Positions 40,365 through 48,955 are shown, numbered from the stretch's first letter. The stretch is DNA of 64,000 bases from a virus (IMGVR_UViG_3300049048_000052:86643-150642); one strand, 5' to 3'. Numbers and translations: made by a program. Notes: a model not told the origin generated them from the letters alone.

Positions 40365-40763
40365 ATGAGGAAGGCTAAAGCGACCAGGATAGGTTCTACG
40401 AAGAGTAGAATCTCAGTTAGTAGGAATGGTTTGTGGGAGGCTCAGGGGGCTATTGTAGCCTTAGCTGGGACTTTAGCCACAGATCCTTTCGTTATGGCTA
40501 ATCTACTTAGCATAAGGAAGAGATTACCACGGGCCCCTATTGCTCATACCTTAGAGGCATGTCAAAAGATCAGTGCTTCTCTAAGAGGAACCGCAATCTA
40601 CTTAAGACACGACACAACCAACGAGTTAGTAAAGGTGGTAAATGCCGCTCAGTTCTGCAGAGAACGAGGGCTACATAGCAATGGTAATGGTATAAGCATG
40701 ATGCTAAGAGGTAGCGTCAGGAGTTACCATGGGTGGCGGCTGGTAGGACAGAACGATTTATAG
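40365..40763 (+). CDS. hypothetical protein
   Basis: 132-aa ORF. Confidence 0.45.
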   Translation: MRKAKATRIGSTKSRISVSRNGLWEAQGAIVALAGTLATDPFVMANLLSIRKRLPRAPIAHTLEACQKISASLRGTAIYLRHDTTNELVKVVNAAQFCRERGLHSNGNGISMMLRGSVRSYHGWRLVGQNDL

Positions 40764-41150
40764 ATAAGATACAATAGGCCCTTGATCTTTATCTTGGGCC
40801 TTATAGAGGACAATAACTATGGCAAACGATTGGGATACTTTGGATAAAGGAATCGACGCCCTAGACCAAATTGTGACTAAGTGTGAGGAAGCTAAGTTTA
40901 ATTACTTCCATGGTGATAGTGATATTCATGATTTTGAGGGTGGTAGGCTAGTAGGTGCCTTTGAGTTAGCCCGTGAGATTATACATATAATAAGGAGCAT
41001 TAGGGATGACGGATCAGGAGAAACTGAAAGTAATTAAGGATATGTGTAATGGTGCCCTGAAGGAGACTTATGAGTCCTGGGATACAACTTGGGATTGCGG
41101 TTTCATATCAGGTAAAAAGGATTTATCAGAGAGTATATTGAAGGTCTTAG

Positions 41151-41750
41151 GTGATGGTTAAGAAAGTAAAAACTAGGTGTAAGAGAATCCTAGAAACGTA
41201 CGGGAGAAGATATAGCAATATAGTAGATAAGATGTCTGCTGCCCTAAGTTGTGAAGTATATAAGCTTTGTACCGATTGGAAGATTAACTTCAAACCACAG
41301 GTATTGTGGGGCCTTGGATTTACATGCGCCTATTCCTATAGAGGTAAAGAGATCCACTACAACATGGGAGTCAGCTTTGATAAAACCATCGAGGTTATGG
41401 ACCTAGACCTTTACAAAGCTATGGATACCTATGTAGGTCTAAAGTCACATACGCCCATTGGTAACCTAGTAAAGGACTGGGACTGTTCCTTACTTTATGA
41501 AGAAGAGGCTACCCTTATTAAGATTGGGACTGGCTTTAAGGATGACCCAAAAGGGAAAGAGTTAAGCCTGGTGGCTTGCAATGAGGACCTAATATTTGAA
41601 AGAGGTTTCAGTTATGTAGGTCCTGTATATAAGGATAGAGCGTTAGAAGTGGCTGAGGTTTACCAGAACAATCCTGAGCAAGGTAAATGGGCAGTAACAG
41701 GTCTAGGTTATTTTGGGCCTAATGAATTAGAGAAGCTAACTAAATCCTAG
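41151..41750 (+). CDS. hypothetical protein
   Basis: 199-aa ORF. Confidence 0.5.
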   Translation: MMVKKVKTRCKRILETYGRRYSNIVDKMSAALSCEVYKLCTDWKINFKPQVLWGLGFTCAYSYRGKEIHYNMGVSFDKTIEVMDLDLYKAMDTYVGLKSHTPIGNLVKDWDCSLLYEEEATLIKIGTGFKDDPKGKELSLVACNEDLIFERGFSYVGPVYKDRALEVAEVYQNNPEQGKWAVTGLGYFGPNELEKLTKS

Positions 41751-41776
41751 GATCTATGGTATACTCCATATACCAA

Positions 41777-41849
41777 CGGGGTGTAAGTCACCGGTAGACG
41801 TTCTGATTTGGGGTCAGAAAGAAGTTAGTTCGATTCTAACCATCCCGAC
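41777..41849 (+). tRNA. tRNA-Pro (UGG)
   Basis: Acceptor CGGGGTG/CATCCCG, anticodon stem-loop TCTGA TTTGGGG TCAGA, T-arm GTTAG/TTCGATT/CTAAC. Confidence 0.7.
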
Positions 41850-42178
41850 TTTACCTACAAATAGTCCATGGGTTACCCTCTATAATCACCAGTATTATAG
41901 AGAGGTACTGCTATGAGCTATGAGAGTCCTAATGATCTTATTGTGGGATTCTATGTCAATAGGATCTTAGAGTTAGCTGAGACAGACCCTGAGCTAGAGG
42001 AAACATTTGACTATATAGAGGAGAACCTTAGCGATGCTACTGAAGAGATCATAGCTGAGGTTACCATCAAGGTAGGTAGAAGATTAAAGGATAAACATAA
42101 GGGTAAGTACATATTGTTCTTAGTCTATATGTATGGACCTGATACTGAAGATATATTACAGATAGATAGGAAGATCAT

Positions 42179-42733
42179 ATGTTAATAGAGAGGCTCCTAA
42201 TGGAGGGGGCGGATGTATCTATATATTACATAGATAACCTTGATACGGCAATGTTAATGGATGAGTTAACAAAAGCTGTAGAATGGGATACTATGGGTGG
42301 TACTAGAAGGAAGATGGCATGGTTTGGAAGGGGAGAGTATACCTATCGGGATAGACTTCATAAACCTCAGGATATGCCATTGGTCGTTAAGATAGCTAAG
42401 GCACCAGTAGAACGAGTGACTGGCCACACCTACAATGGTTGTCTAGCTAATTGTTATGAGAATGGGAGGATAGGGGTTAACTGGCATTCAGATGATGAGT
42501 CTATACCAGGTTCACCTATAGCCATACTATCTCTAGGTGCAACCCGTACCTTTAGGATGATGCATAAAGTATTAGGTATCAGCAGGGAGTGGAGACTGGC
42601 AGCAGGTACTGTACTTGTCATGTCTGGTCCTACTCAAGAGAACTGGATGCATTGCATTCCTAAAGAGGGAGAAGTTAAAGAGGCTCGTATCAGTCTTACA
42701 TACAGACAAACTAAGTTGACCTCCGTAGATTGA
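42179..42733 (+). CDS. AlkB-like 2OG-Fe(II) dioxygenase (nucleic-acid demethylase family)
   Basis: NWHSDDE (HxD), SLGATRTF, WMHCIP (distal His) and RISLTYRQ (RxSxTxR) match the AlkB signature in order and spacing. Confidence 0.7.
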   Translation: MLIERLLMEGADVSIYYIDNLDTAMLMDELTKAVEWDTMGGTRRKMAWFGRGEYTYRDRLHKPQDMPLVVKIAKAPVERVTGHTYNGCLANCYENGRIGVNWHSDDESIPGSPIAILSLGATRTFRMMHKVLGISREWRLAAGTVLVMSGPTQENWMHCIPKEGEVKEARISLTYRQTKLTSVD

Positions 42734-42775
42734 GGGGTTATGCTTAGAGTATATAGTTAGTAATCTTATACTCTA

Positions 42776-43189
42776 ATGCATAGCAAGTCGAAGGGTAACA
42801 TAGGGCAGTTTTATGCTGCTGCTAAATTGGCCGAGTTAGAGTTCGCCGTATTCACTGAGGAGGGAGATAACTCCAAGGTGGATATAATAGGGGTTAAGGA
42901 TAATATAATACTTAGGTTTCAGGTAAAAGCTGTAACTCCTAAGAATAATACATTAGCTTTAATGCTGAAGAAATCTGGTCCTAATTATAAGTTTAAGTAT
43001 AAAGAGGAGATGTTTGACTACTTTATAGTAGTTGACCTTATTAGCTTTAAAGTATATGCTGTAAGTTCGGAGGTACTAAGAACCCATCAAGATACTTTTA
43101 CTATAAGATTAGTAGCAGCGAAAAACAAGCAGAGTTGTAATACGAATGAGGCAGACGATTACCTCATGGAGAAAGTTTTGGGTCATTAA
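42776..43189 (+). CDS. hypothetical protein (possible PD-(D/E)xK nuclease fold)
   Basis: 137 aa; SKVDIIGVKD...RFQVK spacing resembles a D...(D/E)xK core; weak. Confidence 0.35.
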   Translation: MHSKSKGNIGQFYAAAKLAELEFAVFTEEGDNSKVDIIGVKDNIILRFQVKAVTPKNNTLALMLKKSGPNYKFKYKEEMFDYFIVVDLISFKVYAVSSEVLRTHQDTFTIRLVAAKNKQSCNTNEADDYLMEKVLGH

Positions 43190-43252
43190 CTTAGCGGCTA
43201 AAGTACCTAGCTTTTAACTAGGGAACCGAAGGTTCGAGTCCTTCATGACCCA
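43180..43252 (+). tRNA. tRNA-Lys (UUU)
   Basis: Acceptor GGGTCAT/ATGACCC 7/7, D-arm ACTT/AGCGGCTA/AAGT, anticodon stem-loop CCTAG CTTTTAA CTAGG, T-arm GAAGG/TTCGAGT/CCTTC; its 5' end overlaps the stop of the preceding CDS. Confidence 0.7.
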
Positions 43253-43311
43253 CTGGTTCTATAAAATAGAACTGGTTGAGGGGGAGTGGTGTAATGGTAG
43301 CCACGCAGGTC

Positions 43312-43857
43312 TTAACTCATTGGAGTTAGTTGGTGTATTAGTTTATAAGCGTTCTTAACTAGATCTCTAGAGAGCATCTTACCACCAGATATCAATTTTA
43401 TAATTGGGTTCTTGCGTGAGTGGTCTAACTGAAATCTAGCTTGAGGATATAAGTCCAGGAAGGATGTGGCAGTATCTTTATTAGAGGCAGCTATTTCTAT
43501 CCTATAAGTCTTAACTTTATAGACTTGTACTAAAAGTTGCTTTATCAGATCTATTAAAGTAGGATCCTGGTTGCAGAAGTAAACATGATTTGTTTTATCT
43601 GTATGCCAGCCCTCACATAAATAGGCCGTATGGGCAGCAATGGAAAGAGGTGTTAGGAGTAAATCATCTGTAGGGGAGATATAGTTCTTCCTAGCTAGAA
43701 AGTTATACTCTGAGGCAGATCTCATTGGTATATGGTACTTCCTTAAGTAAGACCTAATAGTCTTATGGTTACAGGCTAGTAACTGACCTATCTGATAGGG
43801 ATTAAGTTCCTGAGTCAGGTATAGATCCTCAAGTACCTCTTTATTAATTAACTTCAT
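43312..43857 (-). CDS. intron-encoded protein, antisense (HTH plus LAGLIDADG-like, putative homing endonuclease)
   Basis: 181 aa inside the second tRNA intron; N-terminal helix-turn-helix-like segment and AYLCEGWHTDK, loosely resembling a single LAGLIDADG motif. Confidence 0.5.
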   Translation of the reverse strand: MKLINKEVLEDLYLTQELNPYQIGQLLACNHKTIRSYLRKYHIPMRSASEYNFLARKNYISPTDDLLLTPLSIAAHTAYLCEGWHTDKTNHVYFCNQDPTLIDLIKQLLVQVYKVKTYRIEIAASNKDTATSFLDLYPQARFQLDHSRKNPIIKLISGGKMLSRDLVKNAYKLIHQLTPMS

Positions 43858-44111
43858 AATCCTGAGCCTTCATGTAGAAATACATGTTGTGAACGAAGCT
43901 ATATGCGGGAAACGCTTAAAGCCTACAACACTATATGTCTACCAAGATATAAGTAACAGTTTGTAGGATGTAACAATAGCCAATCCGCAGGGAAGATACC
44001 TAGGTATCCCCTCAGAGACTAAACGCTTTGCACCTTAACGTAGAGACGAAGGTGATGATATAGTCCAGACTACAACAGCTTACGCTGGCCTATGAAAGTA
44101 GGAGTAGTAAG
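43314..44111 (+). mobile_element. group I-like intron in the tRNA-Leu anticodon loop (between nt 34 and 35)
   Basis: TCAGAGACTAAACGC (44012..44026) resembles R; GATGATATAGTCCAGACTACAACAGC (44054..44079) resembles S; terminal G; near-identical S region to the first intron. Confidence 0.55.
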
Positions 44112-44266
44112 AGGAACCTGTGCCGCAAGGCGTGAGAGTTCGAATCTCTCCTCCCCCATTTACAGTAGTGAGCACACGGTATGATGTAGGGTTCCCCCTA
44201 CTTGTACTAAGGCTAATACCTTTGCTATATTCACTACTGTAAACATATTGATTGTTTCTAATAATT

Positions 44267-44683
44267 ATGGAAACACAAATGGCATTATTTGGTTTTGGTG
44301 GTTCTAACTCTGCTATCGATGAGTTAAGCCGTGTCTTAGGTGCAAGTAGCTCTATTGCTAGCCAACAGAGTCCCCCGTATGAAATTGGGATCTCTGATCG
44401 TAAACTAGTAGTTAAGTTCATAGTACCTGGTATCGATAAGGATACTGTTGATGTGACCATCCATGATAAGTACGTAGAGCTATATGGCATGCGTAAGAAG
44501 GATGATAAGTTAGCAGTTGAACTGAGTGAGTTCTATTACGGTAAGGTTTATCGTACAGCCCCACTAAGTCAGAGAGTAGACAGAAACTCTGCCTCTGTAT
44601 CTTACTCAGATGGTATTCTGACTCTCTCTATGGATCTATTACCAGTTAATCCTCCCACTGCGGTTAGGGTTAAATTAGGTTAA
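44267..44683 (+). CDS. Hsp20/alpha-crystallin family small heat-shock protein
   Basis: Alpha-crystallin-domain-like blocks (KFIVPGIDKDTVDVTIHDKYVELYG..., SVSYSDGILTLSM); ATG at 44267 preferred over the listed TTG. Confidence 0.55.
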   Translation: METQMALFGFGGSNSAIDELSRVLGASSSIASQQSPPYEIGISDRKLVVKFIVPGIDKDTVDVTIHDKYVELYGMRKKDDKLAVELSEFYYGKVYRTAPLSQRVDRNSASVSYSDGILTLSMDLLPVNPPTAVRVKLG

Positions 44684-44705
44684 ACATTATAGGAGTTATT
44701 GATCT

Positions 44706-45218
44706 ATGCAGTTAAACATTATGAGTGGTTCTACGGGGGATCCACCTTGGAGAACAGATGATGTGGGTAGGCGTATCCCAGACCGAACTGGGACAACTAA
44801 GGGTGGTTATATACCGGACTATCCTGGTATCGGTTTCCCTAAGCCTCCTAATACTTTCTATCACCTAATTAACTCAACCTATAAGGCACCTGCTGATATA
44901 CCATGTGATGCTAATAGTGTTGGCACTCAGTTCATCGCTGTGTTCAACTTGGGTGGTGTAAGGAAGGAGGATATTGATATCACTGTCCATCCTGACAGAG
45001 TAGAGATATCTGCTACTAGAAGTCTCAGCGGCCCTAAGTCGTTGAGTCTTTATAGTAGTGAAGTCTCCTGCGGTAAGCTAAGGCGCACCATCCCATTTGA
45101 GGATACTAAGGTCAACATCGAGACAGCTAAGGCTGACTATGATAATGGACTGGTAACTCTCACAATGGACCTGCTTCAACCTAAGCCGCCACCGGCCGTC
45201 AAGGTAGAAATCAAATAA
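44706..45218 (+). CDS. Hsp20/alpha-crystallin family protein (second copy)
   Basis: FIAVFNLGGVRKEDIDITVHPDRVEIS...DYDNGLVTLTM parallels the previous gene. Confidence 0.5.
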   Translation: MQLNIMSGSTGDPPWRTDDVGRRIPDRTGTTKGGYIPDYPGIGFPKPPNTFYHLINSTYKAPADIPCDANSVGTQFIAVFNLGGVRKEDIDITVHPDRVEISATRSLSGPKSLSLYSSEVSCGKLRRTIPFEDTKVNIETAKADYDNGLVTLTMDLLQPKPPPAVKVEIK

Positions 45219-45280
45219 GAAGGATACCTTCCTTACTGTATAACTGCTATAGTTATCATTAGTAAGGAAGGTATTAACTT
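45219..45280 (+). terminator. long stem-loop (terminator or RNA structure)
   Basis: ATACCTTCCTTACT ... AGTAAGGAAGGTAT, a 14-bp stem enclosing a 24-nt loop with its own mini-hairpin. Confidence 0.4.
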
Positions 45281-45282
45281 AT

Positions 45283-45630
45283 ATGGAAATGGATATATTT
45301 AGCCCCTCAAGACTCGTCTGTATTCACTATGGAAATAATGCTATAGATGAGATAATGGATGGTAGAGCTGAGGAAGCCCTAGATAAACTAGAGAAGGCTC
45401 GTGAGGATGATATGTTCGATATGGAGCATTATCAATCTATACTGCTCTATGTGGGTGCATGCCTTAAACAAGAGAGCATGGGCCATTATATACAATTCCT
45501 ATTGACTATCTTTGATGAAGATGATATTACTAGTATTAACACCGCAGATTCTAAGGTCAATGGTGTCCTAGCGGAAGCGGCAGCAATCCATAGCGGGGAT
45601 GGAGCAACGGGAGGCTCGATGGTCTCATAA
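45283..45630 (+). CDS. hypothetical protein
   Basis: 115 aa, preceded by a 14-bp-stem hairpin. Confidence 0.4.
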   Translation: MEMDIFSPSRLVCIHYGNNAIDEIMDGRAEEALDKLEKAREDDMFDMEHYQSILLYVGACLKQESMGHYIQFLLTIFDEDDITSINTADSKVNGVLAEAAAIHSGDGATGGSMVS

Positions 45631-45666
45631 GCCATACATCGCTGAGTTCAATTCTCAGCCCCGACA
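45593..45666 (+). tRNA. tRNA-like (anticodon CAU) with imperfect acceptor stem
   Basis: D-arm GAGC/AACGGGAG/GCTC, anticodon stem-loop ATGGT CTCATAA GCCAT, T-arm CTGAG/TTCAATT/CTCAG. The acceptor pairs only 5/7 and the loop overlaps the TAA stop of CDS 45283..45630. Confidence 0.35.
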
Positions 45667-45898
45667 TTGTCAGTTTACCTGTCCTGACGTTGTGAAAAGA
45701 TAGGTGTAGGTCATAGGCCTAACTAGCAAGAATTGAGTTCGAATCTCAACAGGTCCATTTCGAGGGCCTGACTTGGTAATCGATTGTTAGCATGAGGAAC
45801 TATGACTGAAGGTGTGTACAACCAAAGTACAGAACAACAAGTGCAACCAATAACATTGTACCCTTCTCAAGGGTAAGTTCTATAGTAGTGTAATCTAC

Positions 45899-46663
45899 TC
45901 AGGCGTTTAGTATACTAAACGCCTGCTCTTTTTTACGCATACAGTAGGGACCACCTAAGTTATATAACCTAAATATAAAAGTCTTAAGGATTTTACCTTG
46001 AAAGGAGAAACCGTACTGATTATTCCAGTTGGGATTCTTACTTTGCAAGTCCCTCATATGTACATTAAGGGATATATCTAGTAGTTTGTTGAGCCTAGAG
46101 GCTAGAGTATACATAAAAGACTTTGAGCATCCATAGGCTGTAAGTCTACGGGAGGACCAACACCCGTCAGAGTCTAGATATCCTCTAATGAAATCTAACT
46201 CGTAGACGCTGTCTATAAGAGGCTCAGGGTAAATCATAGTCTTGGACTTATTACTTTCTAACTTTAGGATAGTAGTTAGATCTCTATGTAGACTAGTGGA
46301 ACATATAGCGAGCTGAAGACAGTTAGAAGCTATATTCCTTATTTTATAATCGGTATTGAGGTTAGATTGTATCTGTTCTAGAATATCCCTGTCCGAGGTA
46401 GTAAATACTATCTGACATCCATTTCTATGTAAGTGACCATCCCCATACAATACACCTAACATCCAAGCTTTAAAGGTGTCCATAGGGAACAATTTATAGT
46501 TCTTAAGCTTAGATAATGGCTTATAGGACATTGCCCCGGAGCTCTGCAGGACTTTGTATATACAATAAGAGGATAGCCCTAATTTAGAACTAATATTTGT
46601 AACAGACTGACCCTCCTTATACATAGTTATAATAGGCGTTGGGTTAATATGAGTAGATTTCAT
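45899..46663 (-). CDS. LAGLIDADG homing endonuclease (two-motif type)
   Basis: WMLGVLYGDGHL and FIRGYLDSDGCW are the two LAGLIDADG motifs; N-terminal HTH-like segment. Confidence 0.7.
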   Translation of the reverse strand: MKSTHINPTPIITMYKEGQSVTNISSKLGLSSYCIYKVLQSSGAMSYKPLSKLKNYKLFPMDTFKAWMLGVLYGDGHLHRNGCQIVFTTSDRDILEQIQSNLNTDYKIRNIASNCLQLAICSTSLHRDLTTILKLESNKSKTMIYPEPLIDSVYELDFIRGYLDSDGCWSSRRLTAYGCSKSFMYTLASRLNKLLDISLNVHMRDLQSKNPNWNNQYGFSFQGKILKTFIFRLYNLGGPYCMRKKEQAFSILNA

Positions 46664-47486
46664 AAAATTTGTATTGACTACATGCTTATATTACTAAAGT
46701 AATATAGGAAAGAGTGGGTTAATGTTCGTACCCTTTGCACGCACCCGCGTAGCAGTAGGTTAATTTAGAGAGGGCTCCTTGGGGGGGCCCTTTCACATTA
46801 GGAGGGTGTATGGACTCTGATCTCTTAGAGAAGTGGATACTACAATTCTTGGCAGAGCACAAAGGGAATCCTAGACTAGTAACCCAAATACTACACGGTG
46901 TAAGGATGGATAGTCTAGGTGCGGACTACATTCAAGTAGGTAAGGCTTTACGTACTTTAAAGGTAAAGGGTCTTATCAAAGTACATAAGATGTATCTAGG
47001 TCAGCATTCAAAGAGGTGGCGGCCCTGCTATGAGTTAGAGGAGGTATTCTTAAATGAATATTGATACATGTTCCTATGTATTAAATATTGTTGATAGAAT
47101 ATGTCACAGGATACTGTTATACTTATTGGCAACAGCTATAATACATCTATTACTAGAGCGCTTGGGTATAGGCGCATGGTTAATAGAGGCCGCAGTATTG
47201 GCTACCTATAGTATAATAGCTGTGCTTGATATAAACCTTTGTATCCGTATCCAAAAGAAAGATGAATAATCTAGATGAGATCGAGCAGGTGTTGGCTTAC
47301 TTTGGGTTCGTAGAGAAGCTATTCGTAGGAGTACTACTCTCCTTGTTAGCTGTTATCTTAATTAGATCCTGTACTATACCGTGGTTAGATGTAACCATAG
47401 CTATATTAGGAGGGCTGGTTATACCAGTTGCTACCTTATGGTATATAGACAGTTGTAGTAGTAAATGGAGAGACTGGTAAATACCT

Positions 47487-47559
47487 GCCACCTAGGCCAA
47501 ATGGTGCGGCGGTGAGTTCATACCTCACTTATAGTAAGTTCGATTCTTACAGGTGGTAT
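47487..47559 (+). tRNA. tRNA (anticodon CAU; Met or Ile2)
   Basis: Acceptor GCCACCT/AGGTGGT, anticodon stem-loop GTGAG TTCATAC CTCAC, T-arm GTAAG/TTCGATT/CTTAC. Confidence 0.6.
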
Positions 47560-47578
47560 TGTCGAGTTAAAGGAATAT

Positions 47579-47998
47579 ATGAGTCTTAGTCAGCAAGTAA
47601 AAGATTTCTTAAGTGTGGCCCCAGCTAGCTGGATTCCTCCAAGGAAACTTATCACTACTAAGTTGAGAGAGCCTATCAAGGGATGTCCTCAACTGAATGT
47701 TTACCCCCTGAACCAAGTACTAGAAATTAGCATGGATGGGGCACCCTTCTATCAACCCAATACTATATGTAGACTAACGGATTCAGATTTCCAGTTCACT
47801 ATGGTCTACGTTCCAGGAAGGGGTCCCATAGAAGTCTATGTGATTAAAGATCAGAGTACTGCCTATGTGTTTGAGGATCAGGTAGAGGCCTTTGCATTCC
47901 TCTACACTATTAAGCCCTACGAGCTAACTCAACTGGACGGAGATCCAACCTATGAGTGGGCACAGTTCAGATCTCACCTAGCCCCAGTACCCGCTTGA
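47579..47998 (+). CDS. hypothetical protein
   Basis: 139-aa ORF followed by a perfect 22-nt palindrome. Confidence 0.45.
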   Translation: MSLSQQVKDFLSVAPASWIPPRKLITTKLREPIKGCPQLNVYPLNQVLEISMDGAPFYQPNTICRLTDSDFQFTMVYVPGRGPIEVYVIKDQSTAYVFEDQVEAFAFLYTIKPYELTQLDGDPTYEWAQFRSHLAPVPA

Positions 47999-48033
47999 TA
48001 TAATTATGACTACAGTATATACTGTAGTCACTG

Positions 48034-48105
48034 GCACCCTACCCCTATATGGTGAGGGACCTGCCTTGTAAGCAGGACAACACAGTTCGAGTCTGTGAGG
48101 GTGCT
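48034..48105 (+). tRNA. tRNA-Thr (UGU)
   Basis: Acceptor GCACCCT/AGGGTGC 7/7, D-arm CCCT/ATATGGTG/AGGG, anticodon stem-loop CCTGC CTTGTAA GCAGG, T-arm CACAG/TTCGAGT/CTGTG. Confidence 0.7.
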
Positions 48106-48419
48106 TTTATATGTGCCTATCTTATTCAGTCGGCATATGTAACTATATAAATATCTCCATCAAACTGATAGAGTCATAGAGCCTATATGGTCTCTGACTA
48201 AGAGCTGATACGGATGGAATATTGGGGGATAGGTACTCCCGATGAGGGCCCCAGCTCTCAACACAAATATCAGCTCTCCTAGCAACTAACTGGCTTATGC
48301 TAACCCTTAATCAGGTAATCATATATTGGTTCAACTCCAATAGTTGCTTTTCCCAGTCGCATAACTTGCGTTCCCAACTGGGATTCTTAGCAATGGTTGG
48401 CTTAGTCCAATCATTTCTT

Positions 48420-48492
48420 GAGGCTGTCGTCTAAAATGGTAGGACTCCCCAAGTTAGTGGGGCAGATGTAGGTTCAAATCCTACCGGCTTCA
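48420..48492 (+). tRNA. tRNA with non-canonical anticodon loop
   Basis: Acceptor GAGGCTG/CGGCTTC, D-arm GTCT/AAAATGGTA/GGAC, stem CCCCA/TGGGG enclosing a 6-nt loop AGTTAG (or 4-bp stem plus 8-nt loop), T-arm GTAGG/TTCAAAT/CCTAC. Confidence 0.45.
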
Positions 48493-48497
48493 TTTAT

Positions 48498-48569
48498 GCA
48501 GTGTTGGTCTAATGGATAAGACGTCTCCAAACTAAGGAGTTAATGTAGGTTCGATTCCTGCTAACTGCG
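48498..48569 (+). tRNA. tRNA (anticodon unresolved)
   Basis: D-arm GTCT/AATGGATA/AGAC, T-arm GTAGG/TTCGATT/CCTGC, acceptor 5/7 paired. Confidence 0.45.
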
Positions 48570-48955
48570 TTTGTGATTTATACAACTTAATATAGTGACC
48601 ATAATCACCCCACATTACACAAAGCATATCCTCTTAATATTCAGTATTAACTACTGTAGGTATTAGAGGATATTATGAGTAAGTGGGAATGTCCCCAACA
48701 ATGCCCCTATCAGGCAGATGATTCTAAGTGGCCCCATATCCGACTCTTCCTCTTAACTGTGGTTGCGGTCGGCATCCTCTGGGGAACAAAGATATATAAG
48801 CAGCAGGACATAGAACCAGCTGATTGGGGTATAGGCTTAACGGCCCTAGTCCTAGCATCTAATCACCCTGAGACCCTACACAAGATAACTACTAAGGCAG
48901 CTAATAAGTTATTGGACTTAAACCCTGCGGAGGAAGATGAAAGTGAGGGAAGATA

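Larger units (their letters stand above)
43280..44158 (+). tRNA. tRNA-Leu (UAG, long variable arm) interrupted by a 798-nt group I-like intron
   Basis: 5' exon 43280..43313: acceptor GGGGGAG, D-loop AATGGTA, stem CAGGT, loop CTT. 3' exon 44112..44158: AGGA, stem ACCTG, 13-nt variable arm TGCCGCAAGGCGT, T-arm GAGAG/TTCGAAT/CTCTC, acceptor CTCCCCC pairing 7/7. Confidence 0.6.
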
